Assembly: GCF_001194135.2 (NCBI RefSeq)
Contig: NC_068999.1
Location: 35,499,878-35,561,720 of the forward strand
Reading direction: 5' to 3'
Source of the DNA: Octopus bimaculoides
Lineage: Eukaryota
DNA length: 61,843 nucleotides
Each line of letters begins with the position of its first letter. Position 1 is the first letter of the stretch. The notes beneath the pieces were generated by a model. The model was given only the letters and a program-made list of their open reading frames with translations. It did no database searches and had not been told where the DNA came from. Position numbers and translations under genes: made by a program. Positions 14,736 through 28,260 of the stretch are shown here, in pieces.

Positions 14736-14898
14736 ATAATAATATTAATAATAATAATAATATTCTCTAGAACAATACTCTGTGCAAAACCAAATATATG
14801 GCAAACTTGTCATAATATCAACTTGAACTTGTTATCTCTTGAGGTCTTTGGGGGAAGACTTGGAGTCGACTGGTACAAGTACAAAGCAAAAGCCAACC

Positions 14899-14972
<74 letters not shown>

Positions 14973-15029
14973 GTTGTGGCAGTAGTAGTAGTAGTAGTAG
15001 TAATGATGATGATGATGATGATTTCATTT

Positions 15030-15725
15030 ATTTGCCACAAGGGCAAAGGCTGAAGGGGACAATACAAAGACAAACATAAAGTGTGGAGGTTTACATATAA
15101 TGAAATTATAAAAAAAATTTAAAGAAAGTATACACGGTATACACTGAAAAAGAAGGGACATATGAATAGCATACAAAGGTAAAAAGAAAGGGGGAGAGGA
15201 TGATAGAGATGTAGCCCTCCTGATACAGGAACGCCTCTAGGCATAATCGAGGAACACCACTGTCCGAGATTTCCCTGAAACCCCAGGAGCAAGTGCCCTT
15301 TCCAGTTCCTTCTCTCCGACTTACAGGTCTACACTTTGAGAGGTACCATCCACTCTTGCCATTTTCGCAACTTTCACTCACCTTTCAGTAAACTCACTCG
15401 AGGGCAGCACTTCCCTCCCCACTCTCAATTTCCTTTTCAAGTGAAACTTGAAGAAGTCAATGAGAACTCTGCCAAAAAGGAATGTATCTGTCCTCATGCC
15501 TTTCGGCCTTGTCCACTAAGCAACCTCTTTCGCTACACCTACCAGGCAAGGGAAAACTGCCTTGCTTGCCCGATTGAAAGAGGACGGCAGTGCAATCATC
15601 ACGACAGATTCGGCCGACAGACGGATCCGTCTCACACGTGACAGCAGTTGTTCAACATAACCCCACAAGTCAACAGTGCCCGGAAAATGAACGAGGACGT
15701 GCAGAACGGTTTCGTCACTCAGACA
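15030..15725 (-). mobile_element. 3' fragment of the same Tx1-like LINE family
   Basis: CCGACAGACGGATCCGTCTCACACGTGACAGC matches 19170-19205 and encodes RRIRLSAESVV. The 3' end runs into (ATC)n/(ATT)n tracts. Confidence 0.75.
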
Positions 15726-15744
15726 AGTCCGTCTGAATAATTTC

Positions 15745-15885
15745 TTTTATTTGCTACCAGAGAGAAGGATGAGGGGGACAATACAAAGACAGACATAAAG
15801 TGGGGGGTGGTTACATATGATGGGAAACAATAGTATACACGGTATACATTAAAAGAAAGGAAGTATACATAGTATACGGAACTAG
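15745..15885 (-). mobile_element. Second Tx1-like 3' UTR copy, in tandem
   Basis: GGGGACAATACAAAGACA.ACATAAAGTG...GTATACACGGTATACA repeats the segment at about 15030-15170. Confidence 0.65.
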
Positions 15886-15969
15886 AAGAAGAAGAAGAAG
15901 AAGAAGAAGAAGAAGAAGAAGAAGAAGAAGAAGAAGAAGAAGAAGAAGAAGAAGAAGAAGAAGAAGAAC

Positions 15970-16140
15970 ACCTTAGGAATGAGAACCAGGTTCGAAATTT
16001 CCCCAAGACATCTGATGAAGGCTGGAGGGTATATCAGCCGAAACATTGTGTTAACAACAAACAAGATCAGGACAAATATCCGTCAAATGTAAATAATGTA
16101 AATAATGTACATAATTCCTCATCTCTTAAATACAGAAGTA
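15970..16140 (+). mobile_element. Headless copy of the HHR-bearing repeat (Penelope-related, inferred)
   Basis: Near-identical to 9315-9406 (GGCTGGAGGGTATATCAGCCGAAAC...GACAAATATCCGTC). Preceded by (GAA)n rather than a tRNA head. Confidence 0.65.
16007..16052 (+). ncRNA. Minimal hammerhead ribozyme motif, probably inactivated
   Basis: GACAU-CUGAUGA-A-GGCUG-(10 nt)-CAGCC-GAA-ACAU-U-GUGUU. Helix III ACGU is mutated to ACAU relative to the copy at 9340. Confidence 0.6.
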
Positions 16141-16220
16141 TATATATACCAGAGTAAGTACATAAATGTGAAACAAAGTGGAAGAAAATAGTGCTCAAAT
16201 CCCGGAGGTAGAGTAACATG

Positions 16221-16345
16221 CTTTATTAATAAAGCTGCAAAGACATCCCAAAAGCTATAAGTCAGAGCTTCATATTCCCGATGAATGGGAACGTGAAACT
16301 CAGAGGAATAGATTTTGTGATGTCTTTGTAGCTTTATTAATAAAG
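16221..16345. repeat. Diverged inverted repeat homologous to 30813-30950
   Basis: Arms 16221-16279 and 16287-16345. Shares the upstream GAGGTAGAGTAA..TGCTTTATT and the CCGATGA..GGGAACGTGAAACTCAGAG core. Confidence 0.8.
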
Positions 16346-16825
16346 TGTATATATGCATAAAAGCTGCACACTGTGTGGACTTTTAAGCTACCTCTTGCCA
16401 CCTAAAACTAAAGAGAGCTAGATAGCTTAACTATAAACGTCTATAATGGCTATTTTCCCCAGTAGTGTCTGATCAGACGTCAAGGACGGGTGAGAATTAA
16501 TTATGTAATGCAATCATTCTATTATCTCTGTCCCAAGTTGAATTTAAACTGTTGGCCAATTTATCCCAACATTATTATCTCGACGTAAAATTAACGAAGT
16601 GACTGTCATTTTGCTTCACCTTGATCTCTGGCGTCATCTGACAAACACCAACGAAGATGGCTAGAAATAGCAACGCAAATGGTTTAAAATTAGGTCCTAA
16701 TACTGGATGTTCAAGAACCAAATGTATCTCGGATAATTCTGATTCCAAAATGTATAATATGCCTATGTAGACCAAATGTAAATTGAGTTTCAGGTGTCCC
16801 AGATAGATAGAATTTCGCTTTTATG

Positions 16826-16859
<34 letters not shown>

Positions 16860-17335
16860 TACTGCGATGTTTTTCTTTGTTTTGTTAAGCTGCGTCGATT
16901 TTACACTTCTGTAAATAGTAATAATAGCATTTCATAAGAGATCACTACGCAATGACTAAAGAAAATAGTCTAATAATGGGGTATATAAGCTCTCGACGGA
17001 AAAAAGTGGGTTTACCCGAACGCATGAGACTCGAACCCACACCTCCTTGTTTTCGCGGCAATCGTGACAAAATTACGCTAGCGCATAACCTGCTTCATTC
17101 CGTCGGATTTAAGAACTATAATTCGTAGTGTTGTTTTTAGAAACAAACTTTCATGTGCTTGTGCTGCGATATCTTTTTGTTAAGTAGCATCGATTTTTAC
17201 AGTTCTAATAATAGTATTTTATAAGCTTATAGCTTATAAGCAATCACCGCGCAATAACTAAAGAAAATAGTGTAATAATGGGGCATATAAGCCCTCGGCG
17301 GAAAAAAAGTAGGTTTTCCCGTACGCGTGATATAT
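16860..17335 (-). repeat. About 300-bp tandem unit (1.6 copies) containing a tRNA-like Pol III module
   Basis: 16860-17030 repeats at about 17161-17330. The minus strand has TAGCGTAATT, GGTTCGAGTC and a T6 run. Confidence 0.6.
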
Positions 17336-17510
17336 CGTTTACATGTACAAAACACAAAAGACGGAGACAGGTGAGAAAACAACAAAGATGAATTAGTTTG
17401 ACGCTCAGGAAATATGGAAAAGTAATTCACATTTCGAGCCTATTGTCTTTAACGGAAAGGAATGCGGAAAGAAAATGGACGGAGGTAAAATAAAAAGAAG
17501 GACCGAGAGA

Positions 17511-17800
17511 AAAAAATGACGTGTTTGGATGAACGATTTTACATGCATACATATACTTATGGGACGGGCTTCCATTCAGTTTCCGTCTCCAAATTCACAC
17601 TCCCGAAAGAAAAAAATGACGTGTCTGGATTAACGATTTTATATGCATACATATACTTATGGGACGGGCTTCCATTCAGTTTCCGTCTCCAAATTCACTC
17701 TCCCGAAAGAAAAAAATGACGTGTCTGGATTAACGATTTTATATGCATACATAGACTTATGGCACGGGCTTCCATTCAGTTTCCGTCTCCAAATTCACTC
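17511..17800 (+). repeat. Triplicated unit of about 98 bp within a SINE A copy
   Basis: AAAAAATGACGTGT..GGCTTCCATTCAGTTTCCGTCTCCAAATTCAC occurs three times. Confidence 0.9.
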
Positions 17801-18602
17801 TCAGTCCTGGGATATAGTACAAGACACTTGCCTTAATAACCGTTCAAGTGGGGCTGAACACGAAGACAAACTGCTGCAAAGCGATCTTTCTAGCCACACA
17901 GCCACGCGTACGACTACCAACTAAATTGCTTCTGGCAGAATGTAGTCGACAAATTGTTATAAATTCTTCATTTAAATTCGGGTATTGAAGCCACAGACTT
18001 CTAATGCACTCATTTTCGCAATAAATACCAATGTCTTGGTTCCAACAGATTTTATTAAAACAATGTAATTTACTCCAGTCTAAAGTTATTGTTAGCCCAA
18101 ACTCCATTTAACATTTCGCTGTCTGATACCCATTAAATATGCTTGGTATATGCGTGCACTGCACGACCATAAGTGCATAAGGCTGTTGTTAATGTTGCTC
18201 TTTAGTTAGTAACATAATGAGAAGAGTGTAGGAACAGTCTCACCTGTGATGATAACACACAGGAGTCTTGTTAATCAACATAACTTTGTAGTGTTATCTT
18301 TGTTCAGTATCAACGGGTAACGAACTGTTGCCGGACCAGGTGAACAAACATTGCTCTCCCTCACTTCTTCTCCCTCCCTTTCACTTTTCTCTTTCTCTCT
18401 CTTTCCCTCTCTCTCCCCCTCTCTCTCTTCTTGAAGTACAATACATATACATGTATGTATGTATGTATTATGTATAGGTGTGTGCGTGTCTCTTTACATA
18501 TAAGCATATATGTACACATACACATATATACATTTATTTACACACACGCACACAAACTCGCACGCATATATATATATGTGTGTGTGTGTGTGTGTATACA
18601 TG

Positions 18603-18658
<56 letters not shown>

Positions 18659-18785
18659 NNNNNNNNNNNNNNNNNNNNNNNNNNNNNNNNNNNNNNNNNN
18701 NNNNNNNNNNNNNNNNNNNNNNNNNNNNNNNNNNNNNNNNNNNNNNNNNNNNNNNNNNNNNNNNNNNNNNNNNNNNNNNNNNNNN

Positions 18786-18839
<54 letters not shown>

Positions 18840-18999
18840 GAGACGGTACAAGACAATGCAATGTGGAGTTACATAAAAGGCGTGTAAAAAGTAAAATCTT
18901 GAAAGATCTTAAATTTAACATCAATATTCTTACCACATTCACCCACAATTCAAAACAATTGATGGGAGGCATCACTTCCCACCCTACCCTCATTTCCGT

Positions 19000-20930
19000 T
19001 TACAAGTGAAAGTTTAAACAGTTGATGAAGGCTTGACCAAAGAAGAAAGGTCTGTCTTCAGCCCTTTCTGTCTGGTCCGCAACCTCTTTCGGGATGCCAG
19101 ACAAGAAAATGTTGCCTGCCTCTCTCTCTGCCAAAGGAAGGTAGTGGGATGATATTCACTATGGACTCAGCCGACAACCGGATCCGTCCTTCACGCGACA
19201 GCACGTGTTCGACATCAACCCACGAGTGAGAATGCTCGGGTGCTGGACGAGAGCGTGCAGAACAGTTTCGTCGCCTTGCGCGCATCTCGGGCAAGCCCGA
19301 CTGATAGCACTTCCATGCCTGTAGAATGTATCCTGAAATGGTAATGTCCCTCGGTATCACTGTTAGGCCAAGGATTTATGGAACATATTCATAGGCTCCA
19401 GCCCGAAAGTGTTCCAGAACAGTTGATTCTCGTCGACCCCGGGAACGTCGTCGCTAATCCCGAGGGGAACTTTCACCGATTGCATCGTCCGACGGACAGA
19501 GTAATGTGAGTATCTGATGACACTCTAGGTGTCAGGACACTGTTGATCAAAAGCTGCAGTTCATTCAAATAGACAACCTGTGGATGAGTGAGTCTGGAAA
19601 AAGCGACTACACCCACTCACCGACACGGAAGAGCTGGAGACATCGTAGCCTCAGCGCATGTCTATGTATAGTATCTACGCATTCCCAAACCGCTATTCAG
19701 CAGGTGTTGACAGCGAATGGAGCGCATGACCAGCGGAACGCGTTCAGCTCACAGAAAGCGGAAGAGTATGCACTCCAGTTTGGTCAAACATGAACCGAGG
19801 CACAATGGGCAGACAGCAATATATGACGGATGTAATGTAAGGATTTGTCACCTCTGCCCGAATTTTCAGAGATAGCTCTCTTTCGGCTCAATTTCTGGCC
19901 GACATTTGCCACCCTGATCGTTATCTCTTCCCAGTTTTCCGTCTGGAGACCCAGACCAAACCAGACTCCGAGAAATTTAACCGGTCCCTCCTTCCAGCGT
20001 CCCATGACGTTATTGAACGGTATGGACCTGCCTCTCCAAGTGCCGAACTGTATGCCCAGTAACTTCTAATTTTTGCTCCTGTCACTACCTCGTATTCTTT
20101 TAGATCGGTGCTGATTGTGTCTTGTTCGACACTGTGACCTCGTCTACGGTGACCTCGTCTACAAATGCCGATACGATTTTCCCACACCAGTTCGCGTGGA
20201 ATGTCCCCCAACGCGTCTAGTTTCTAAGGGCTTTAGAACCAGTATATACAGAAGTAATGACGTGTTGGGGGACACCCTTGGCGGACTGAGTGCGTGATGC
20301 TGAATGGCACCAATATAAAACCATTCACCCGAACTACCGAACAGATGTCGCTGTACATTGCGTCGATACTGCCACGAAAAAGGGATCCAAAACTAGACGC
20401 TGTGATAACGGCCGCCAAATATTGGTAGTTGACCCGATCATCATCGATACGACCTAAAAGTTCCGATGCAGTCCGTTCATGTCCACTCCTGCACATTCGG
20501 AAAGTCCAGTCGGCACCTATCAGCGGAAACGTTTGAGTAGATTTAGAGGATTTTTCACCTCACTCTTCTAACAGCAATTTAAACATGCTTCCAAGATCTT
20601 GTCTCAATCACATATTAGCACACAAAGTCGAGGCGTTCCTAGAAAAACCTCCAGACGTCCGAAGGCACCCTCGTCGCTACAGTTCACATCTAGGACCACC
20701 AATTTATCTATTGGGTTCAGGAAGATGGCCCTTATCATGAGAACCAGCCCTCTCCAGAACAACACTGCAGTTCCATCCCCATACCCACTCCCCGAGAAAT
20801 AAGTAAACCTTGCGTACACTGGAAATGGGCATGAAAGCTCGTTGATTTGAGGTCATTGAGCAGATGGCGTTGTTGCAAGGCGACCCTAGGTCACGTGCAT
20901 TTACACTGCCTGTTCTGAGCAAGTCTATGT
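19000..20930 (-). mobile_element. Decayed, internally deleted Tx1/L1-like LINE ORF2
   Basis: Frame-shifted APE endonuclease pieces (SVNARDL, GTAVLF, KLVVLDV), RT motifs (SVRQGCP, AFVDEVTV for YADD, KFLGVWFG, NWEE) and a C-terminal RIRLSAESIV segment. Confidence 0.85.
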
Positions 20931-21754
20931 TAAATAATAAGAAATTATGAAAATAATAATATCAACATCAAATCGGATAGATTTCAATTTGTGTTTTGTG
21001 TTCTAATCGTTTGCATCACGTCTTGACTATTGCGATGTTTGTTCTACAGATTCAAATTCGTCAACTGCTTTGTTAGCGTTGACATTTTTTTTTTTTTTTG
21101 AGATCGTTATGTAAACGGTATTAAAATCGCTTGCGACAGGATTAATGAGTCTACAGCTGGGTGAGATTCTAAAATTTTCATTTGTAATGCTCTAGTGTGA
21201 TAAAAACATTGTTACATACATAGATACACACACACAAACACGCACGCATATAAACATCAAATACATACAGACATATATATGTACATTTATATTTTTTTGT
21301 TATCTTCATACTGACCAGAGTCCCTGATTTTTAAAAATTATATATAACGCATAAACAGAGCCTGAAAAATTGCTTTAAAATACATGGCATATTTTATAAA
21401 TATGCCTGTTCTAGTACCATAGTAGCATGATACTATTGGCAGCTCTTCGGTTGTGTTTTTAAATTGATATATATATAATATAACGACATGTGAAATTTTG
21501 TCTAGGTGAATCTAGCCGAAAAAACCTAATCAAATTTACGTTAACAAATGTAATTTGGAAAGTTCGAAATCTAGGTCCTAGATTATCCACATCTGGGTTG
21601 TCCATTTATTTAATGTTCTTCCTACAGGTAAGAGAAAATTTTTCATGTTCGCCACCTGCAAACATCTTTGCCAGTATATTTATACAGTGAAGCGTGGTAT
21701 ATTATCAACTACTATTTCCAGTAAATATTGGTGCATTGTTGTACCACTATCTTA

Positions 21755-21796
<42 letters not shown>

Positions 21797-22029
21797 TGTG
21801 TGCGTGTGTGTGTGTGTGCATGTACGTGCGTGCGTGTACATGCGTGTGTGNNNNNNNNNNNNNNNNNNNNNNNNNNNNNNNNNNNNNNNNNNNNNNNNNN
21901 NNNNNNNNNNNNNNNNNNNNNNNNNNNNNNNNNNNNNNNNNNNNNNNNNNNNNNNNNNNNNNNNNNNNNNNNNNNNNNNNNNNNNNNNNNNNNNNNNTGT
22001 GTGTGTGTGTGTGTGTGCGCGTGTGTGTG

Positions 22030-22300
22030 AAGGCGCATGGCTCAGTGGTTAAGAGCGTCGAGCTTACGATCGTGAGGTTGTAAGTTCGAATACCGAACCG
22101 GGCTGCGAGTTGTGTTCTTGAGCAAGACACTTTATTTCACGTTGCTCCAGTTCACTCAGCTGTAGAAATAAGTTACAACGGCACAGGTGCGTGGAGAGGG
22201 GAGGCTGGTATGCATGGACGACTGCTGGTCTTCCATAAACAACCTTGCCCGGACTTGTGACTGGGAGGGTAACCTTCTAGATGCAATCCCATGGTCAGTC
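22030..22300 (+). mobile_element. tRNA-derived SINE family C
   Basis: A box TGGCTCAGTGG and B box GTTCGAATACC. The body GTGTTCTTGAGCAAGACACTTTATTTCA is shared with 34585-34810. Confidence 0.8.
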
Positions 22301-22436
22301 TATATATATATATCAGCGCGGCACCGAGTCAGGTCCATGGCGTCCAGTTTTATTACCTTTTCGATTATAACTCCTCGACGAACGGGAACATGAAAATCTG
22401 AGTAGTAGTTTTGGTGATGGTTTAACAGTTTTAATA

Positions 22437-22503
<67 letters not shown>

Positions 22504-22839
22504 TATCCTTTCTTATACCCACTTACATTTTTACAGATACCTTTTTTCGATTTTTTATCTTTTTTTTTCCGTCGAATTTTTTAACTTTTCAATTGTATTA
22601 ATTTTTTTATAATAGTATTAATTTCTGTTTCATCCCTTAATTTTTTCATTTATCTTATTTGTTTTTTTATTTATCTTATTTGTTTTTTTTTAATTTTTTT
22701 ACTTTTTTTATTTCATTATTTTTTCATTTCATATATGTTATTTTTTGTATTTTTATTCACTTTTTGTTTTTACCTCTTGTACCCTTTTCCCCTTCTTTTC
22801 CCATTTTTTTATCGATCTTATTTTATATTTTAATTTATT

Positions 22840-23520
22840 TCTGTATACACTCACACATACATACACACACGTACATACGCACACACACACATGCGCATAC
22901 ACGTGCACACACACACGCACGCACATAGGAACGCACATATACCTCTACACACAACCCAACGCACACATACGCACACACATGGACACATACAAGCACACAC
23001 ATGCATACACACGAGCACACATAAACGCACGCGCAAACATGAATACACATATACGTCACATATACCTCTCACACACGCCACACACACAAACAACAGGCAC
23101 ATACATGCACACAATCACACACACATACACGCACGCACGTACATACAACTACCCGCACATACACACACGCACACACGCATACATACACACACACGCACGC
23201 GTATACACGCTCAAGAACGCACATATACCTCTACACATACAATCCAACGCGCGCGCGCGCACATATACACACGCACGCACATACACGCACACGCACACGC
23301 ACGCATACACATGCACCAAACACACACATATAAACACACACATACACGCACGCACATGCAGTCACGTAACACAACTCCACGCACAACACCACGCACACAC
23401 ATACACACACGCATATACACACGCGTACACACACACTCGCACACACACTCACACACAGTACACACAAAATGCACACACACAACATATACATACATGCACA
23501 CACATACTTCAAACTGCCAG
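22840..23520 (+). repeat. Degenerate (CA)n-rich tract
   Basis: About 700 bp of ACAC/GCAC/ATAC units; source of the H/T-rich pseudo-ORFs. Confidence 0.9.
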
Positions 23521-23913
23521 TCAAGCACCTTTCTACTGACCATTCCTCTACACACACGTGAAGAAACACACAACCACACAAAAAGACCACCACTCTTGCT
23601 ACCATGCTACTGAATTCTTCCTACAACATTAAGCGACACAAAGTTCACTCACACATACACGTATAAACAACCAACATCACACACACACCATACACGCAAC
23701 ACATACGCACACATGCTATTACACACACACACATAGACTTGCGTACAAGCACATACCCACACATACCTCCTTCTCTTACACTCTCCTGTCTTAGAAAGAA
23801 CTTTTTCTTCACGCATTTCCTTCCGATCATTTCAAAATGTAACCGGATGTGAATCGTTGGCGATTTTTTTTTTTTTTCCATCCTTCTTTCTCTTGGACTT
23901 TCCTCTGTCTCCT

Positions 23914-23948
23914 GTTTCTGAAGAAAAGCTTTGCTCGAAACGTAAAAC
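23914..23948 (+). ncRNA. Minimal hammerhead ribozyme motif
   Basis: GUUU-CUGAAGA-A-AAGC-UUU-GCUC-GAA-ACGU-A-AAAC. Helix III is the palindrome ACGU; the closing pair of helix II is an A.C mismatch. Confidence 0.6.
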
Positions 23949-24592
23949 CACCTTTTTTTCCATACCCTGAGCATCTGCTAATACTTTTACATGTACCACG
24001 TCCCCGTGTTGTTTTATTGTTTTTTCTGTTTGTTCNNNNNNNNNNNNNNNNNNNNNNNNNNNNNNNNNNNNNNNNNNNNNNNNNNNNNNNNNNNNNNNNN
24101 NNNNNNNNNNNNNNNNNNNNNNNNNNNNNNNNNNNNNNNNNNNNNNNNNNNNNNNNNNNNNNNNNNNNNNNNNNNNNNNNNNNNNNNNNNNNNNNNNNNN
24201 NNNNNNNNNNNNNNNNNNNNNNNNNNNNNNNNNNNNNNNNNNNNNNNNNNNNNNNNNNNNNNNNNNNNNNNNNNNNNNNNNNNNNNNNNNNNNNNNNNNN
24301 NNNNNNNNNNNNNNNNNNNNNNNNNNNNNNNNNNNNATGTTTGACTTTTGTTTTGCATTTGTACAAGTTGGATCCAAGTCTCACCCAGAGACCTTAAGAG
24401 ACAACAAGTTAGAAGTTCATGTAGGTGTTATGCCTAGGGTACCATATATTTGGATTTGTACAGTTTTGTTCTAGTGAATGTTTAAGAAACCATAAGAAAA
24501 TTATGTGTTTGTTTTAAAATTTGAGATCACATAGACAGTATTTTACGTAGGATATGGGCAGTTCTCATGAGCACTATCTTTTGAACTTCAGC

Positions 24593-24664
<72 letters not shown>

Positions 24665-25176
24665 AATGAAAAGGTTGCAAGGCACAACGAAAGTTTTAGA
24701 AAAAATAAAGAAGTAAATGAACCGGCGAGTGTGTTAATTAAAAAGGCACAATAAGAGAATGACTCTCCCAGACACAACAATCACTCCACACGCCAGCTCA
24801 ACTTAACTTGTCCATATTAGTCAAAAGACACCTGTTGTTATTCTCATGTTGTATGTATTTGTAATCGTGTAACATTTTCTCCGTTTTCTCGTTTTTTTTC
24901 TTTTATCTGTATTATCGCTCACATTCGCTTACTTTCTTCCCAAAATTTAATGCTCTTAGCTTAGATTTTTGGGGCCGACCAATTTTGAACAATCTCAAGT
25001 GTAATAGGCCGAAACTGTAATGATAAATGAAAACTTGAGTGATGAATAGAAGGCAGCGATTTATCCGTCCTAGTTTTTTCCTGTCCGTCTTTGAATCGTT
25101 TATCTGTCCGTATGTTTTTATTTTCGTCTGTTACGTTCTTATTCCGACTTTTAGATTTATATACATATTTATATAC

Positions 25177-25217
<41 letters not shown>

Positions 25218-25513
25218 CGTATATACATGGACATTGATATTGATGTTTATCTAATAATCCTTTTATTCTCTAACTTGCTTCAGTTATTTTTAGTCGAAGA
25301 AATCGCCCCCTCGACTTAATTGTAAGCTCGGTGCTTGTTCTACCGGCCTCTTTGGCCGAACTGCTAAGTTACTGAGACGTAAACACACCAACATCGTTTG
25401 TCAAGTGATGGTGGATGGAGAAACACAGACAGAAACACACACACACACACATAATATATATATATAAAACTTACTGTATAAAGGTAACGCGTGCGTTCGT
25501 TCTGTCGTAATGC

Positions 25514-26015
25514 AAACAATATATGAGTATATGCATATATATGTACATGTATGTATATACGTTCATCTACATGTACATATAGATACATAACTAGGTACAT
25601 GACGTGGCAAAAGAACAAGGACAAAATGGTAAACAAGGTGCAACAAACAAGCAGGCCACATAAGACATACACACTTCACGTCTGGCTGTACAGCCTTTTT
25701 GTTTGTTTATTTCACCGTTTCGTTTTTCTGTCTTGTTTTCCGTTCACCACGACCCTCCACGAAAACAATTTAATTTGTGTTCGTGGGAAGAACCATTTTA
25801 ACGATGCGTACTGCCTTAATTCTTCGAAACGCCGGAGTTTTAATGGTGGCAGCTGATGAAGGGGATGTTTCTATGTGGCCTGCTTGTTTGTTGCAACTTG
25901 TTTACCATTTTGTCCTTGTTCTTTTGCCACGTCATGTACCCAGTTATGTATCTATATGTACATGTAGATGAACGTATATACATACATGTACATATATATG
26001 CATATACTCATATTG

Positions 26016-26018
<3 letters not shown>
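25514..26018. repeat. Fold-back element with about 148-bp inverted arms and about 210-bp spacer
   Basis: 25514-25662 is nearly the reverse complement of 25872-26018. CTGATGA lies at 25853-25859, next to the right arm. Confidence 0.85.
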
Positions 26019-26095
<77 letters not shown>

Positions 26096-26486
26096 CATGA
26101 CGAGCTTCTTTTAGTTTCTGTCTAGACACATACACTTATACTGTGTGTGTATATACACACACACACACGCACTCTGTCTCTGTCTCTCTCTCACTTTCTC
26201 TTTCTCTCTCACAGGCGTACACATGTTCAATAGGTACATTAAGCGAATCTTAGAGAATCATTTCTCTACCGAAATGTTTTCAACATGAAAGAGTACCGAT
26301 CATACACGTTATAAGAGAGACAGTCAGTCAGACAAACAGACATATAGATGCATACACTGAAGGCGCAACAACAAGAGAGAGATAGAGGGAGGGGAAGAAA
26401 GACAGACTGATAGCTTCATACATTGAAAGCGTGACCAGAGAGAGAGAGAGAGAGAGAAAGGGAGGGAAAATGGACAGACATAAAGG

Positions 26487-26556
<70 letters not shown>

Positions 26557-26957
26557 TATAGATAGATAGATAGATAGATAGACTGAGAGTTCGACAACGA
26601 GGGAGAGACAGAGAGACAGGATGACAGAGAGACAGGATGACAAAGAGACAGGATGACAGAGAGACAGGTTGACAGAGAGGCAGAGAGAGAAAGCAGGGCA
26701 ATGGCGAATAATGACAAACGACTATTGCCAAATGAGGAAATCGTTTGTGAAGCTGGTCCAATAGATATTCTGCCAGAGGCAGCTGTTTGGTTTTGCGAAG
26801 ACATTTTACGAGTCACAATCTTTTTGCCTTGACCATTCATACAATCACGTCATTTTCTCCCAACAATTACTGTACGACACTTACAGAGCTACGTCGACTG
26901 CGGATGACTGTGTTATGCGTATTGTCGCATTGCATGTGTCTATGAGTGTAAGTGCAT

Positions 26958-26995
<38 letters not shown>

Positions 26996-27472
26996 TATAT
27001 GTATCTGAGTGAGTGTAAATATATGTATGTGTGGGTGTGTGTGTGAGAGAGACAGAGAATGTCATTATGTATTGGATGTGTATGTAAGTGTATGTGTATG
27101 TGTGTTAGTGCTTGTGGCCTTGACTGACTCAATGTATGGTGTGTATGTGCACGCGTGTGTGTATATATGTGTGTATGTGTGTGTGTGCATGTGTTTGTGG
27201 ATATGATCGTTTGTACCTGTGTCTCTATGAGTGTGTAGTAGTAGTAGTAGTAGTAGTTAGTGGTGATGGCCGTAATGGTGATGGCCGTAGTGGTAGTAGT
27301 AGTAGTGGTGGTGATGGCAGTGGTGGTGGTGGTGGTGACAGTTGAAAGGAAGAGTAGGGATAATAGAAAAGTTCTTGAACATTTTTTAAGAAGGCATGAA
27401 GGAAGAAGAAGAAGAAGAAGAAGAAGAAGAAGAAGAAGAAGAAGAAGAAGAAGAAGAAGAAGAAGACAACAG

Positions 27473-27504
<32 letters not shown>

Positions 27505-27855
27505 TTGGCAAGAACAAATACGATGAATGTAACAACAACGACAAGAATATGAATAAAAGAGTAACAACGGCAGCAACATCAGCAACAATAACAACAACAA
27601 AAGCAGAGCAGGAGGAGGAGGGGGGGGGAGAAGAAAAAGATGAAGACAGAAGAAGGTGTCATTTGATATTGTGTTTTACATCGCAAACGTCTGTGATTCG
27701 ACGAGGTTAGAGAATATATGAATATTGATAGATGACATGGCGTCTTTGTTAAGGGGCCAATGGTGGCAGGATGAGGACACTAATGTACGACAGGAACAAT
27801 GGTGATGGGAATGAGGAGAATGGTGGTGGTGGTGGTGGTGGGTATTGATAGTGAA

Positions 27856-27889
<34 letters not shown>

Positions 27890-28142
27890 GTGGTGATGAT
27901 GAAAATGGTGGTGCTGGTGCTGGTGGTGCTGGTGCTAGTGGTGATAGTGATGATGATGACGACGACGAAGGTACTGTTGTTGTTGGTGGTGGTCGGGATA
28001 ACGGCAATAATGTTACATATACACTGCATCTATGATTATAAATATGTACGTGTGAGTGTGTACGTATGTGTGAGTGTAGTGTGCGTGTGTATGCGTGCGC
28101 ATGTGAGAGAGAGTGTTTGTGTGTGTGTGTGTGTGTGTGTGT

Positions 28143-28180
<38 letters not shown>

Positions 28181-28204
28181 TTAGCAAGGGCTAANNNNNN
28201 NNNN

Positions 28205-28260
<56 letters not shown>

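Noticed and set aside
22745-23613. 264-aa and 240-aa H/T-rich ORFs
   Set aside because: (CA)n-derived with no domain signal.
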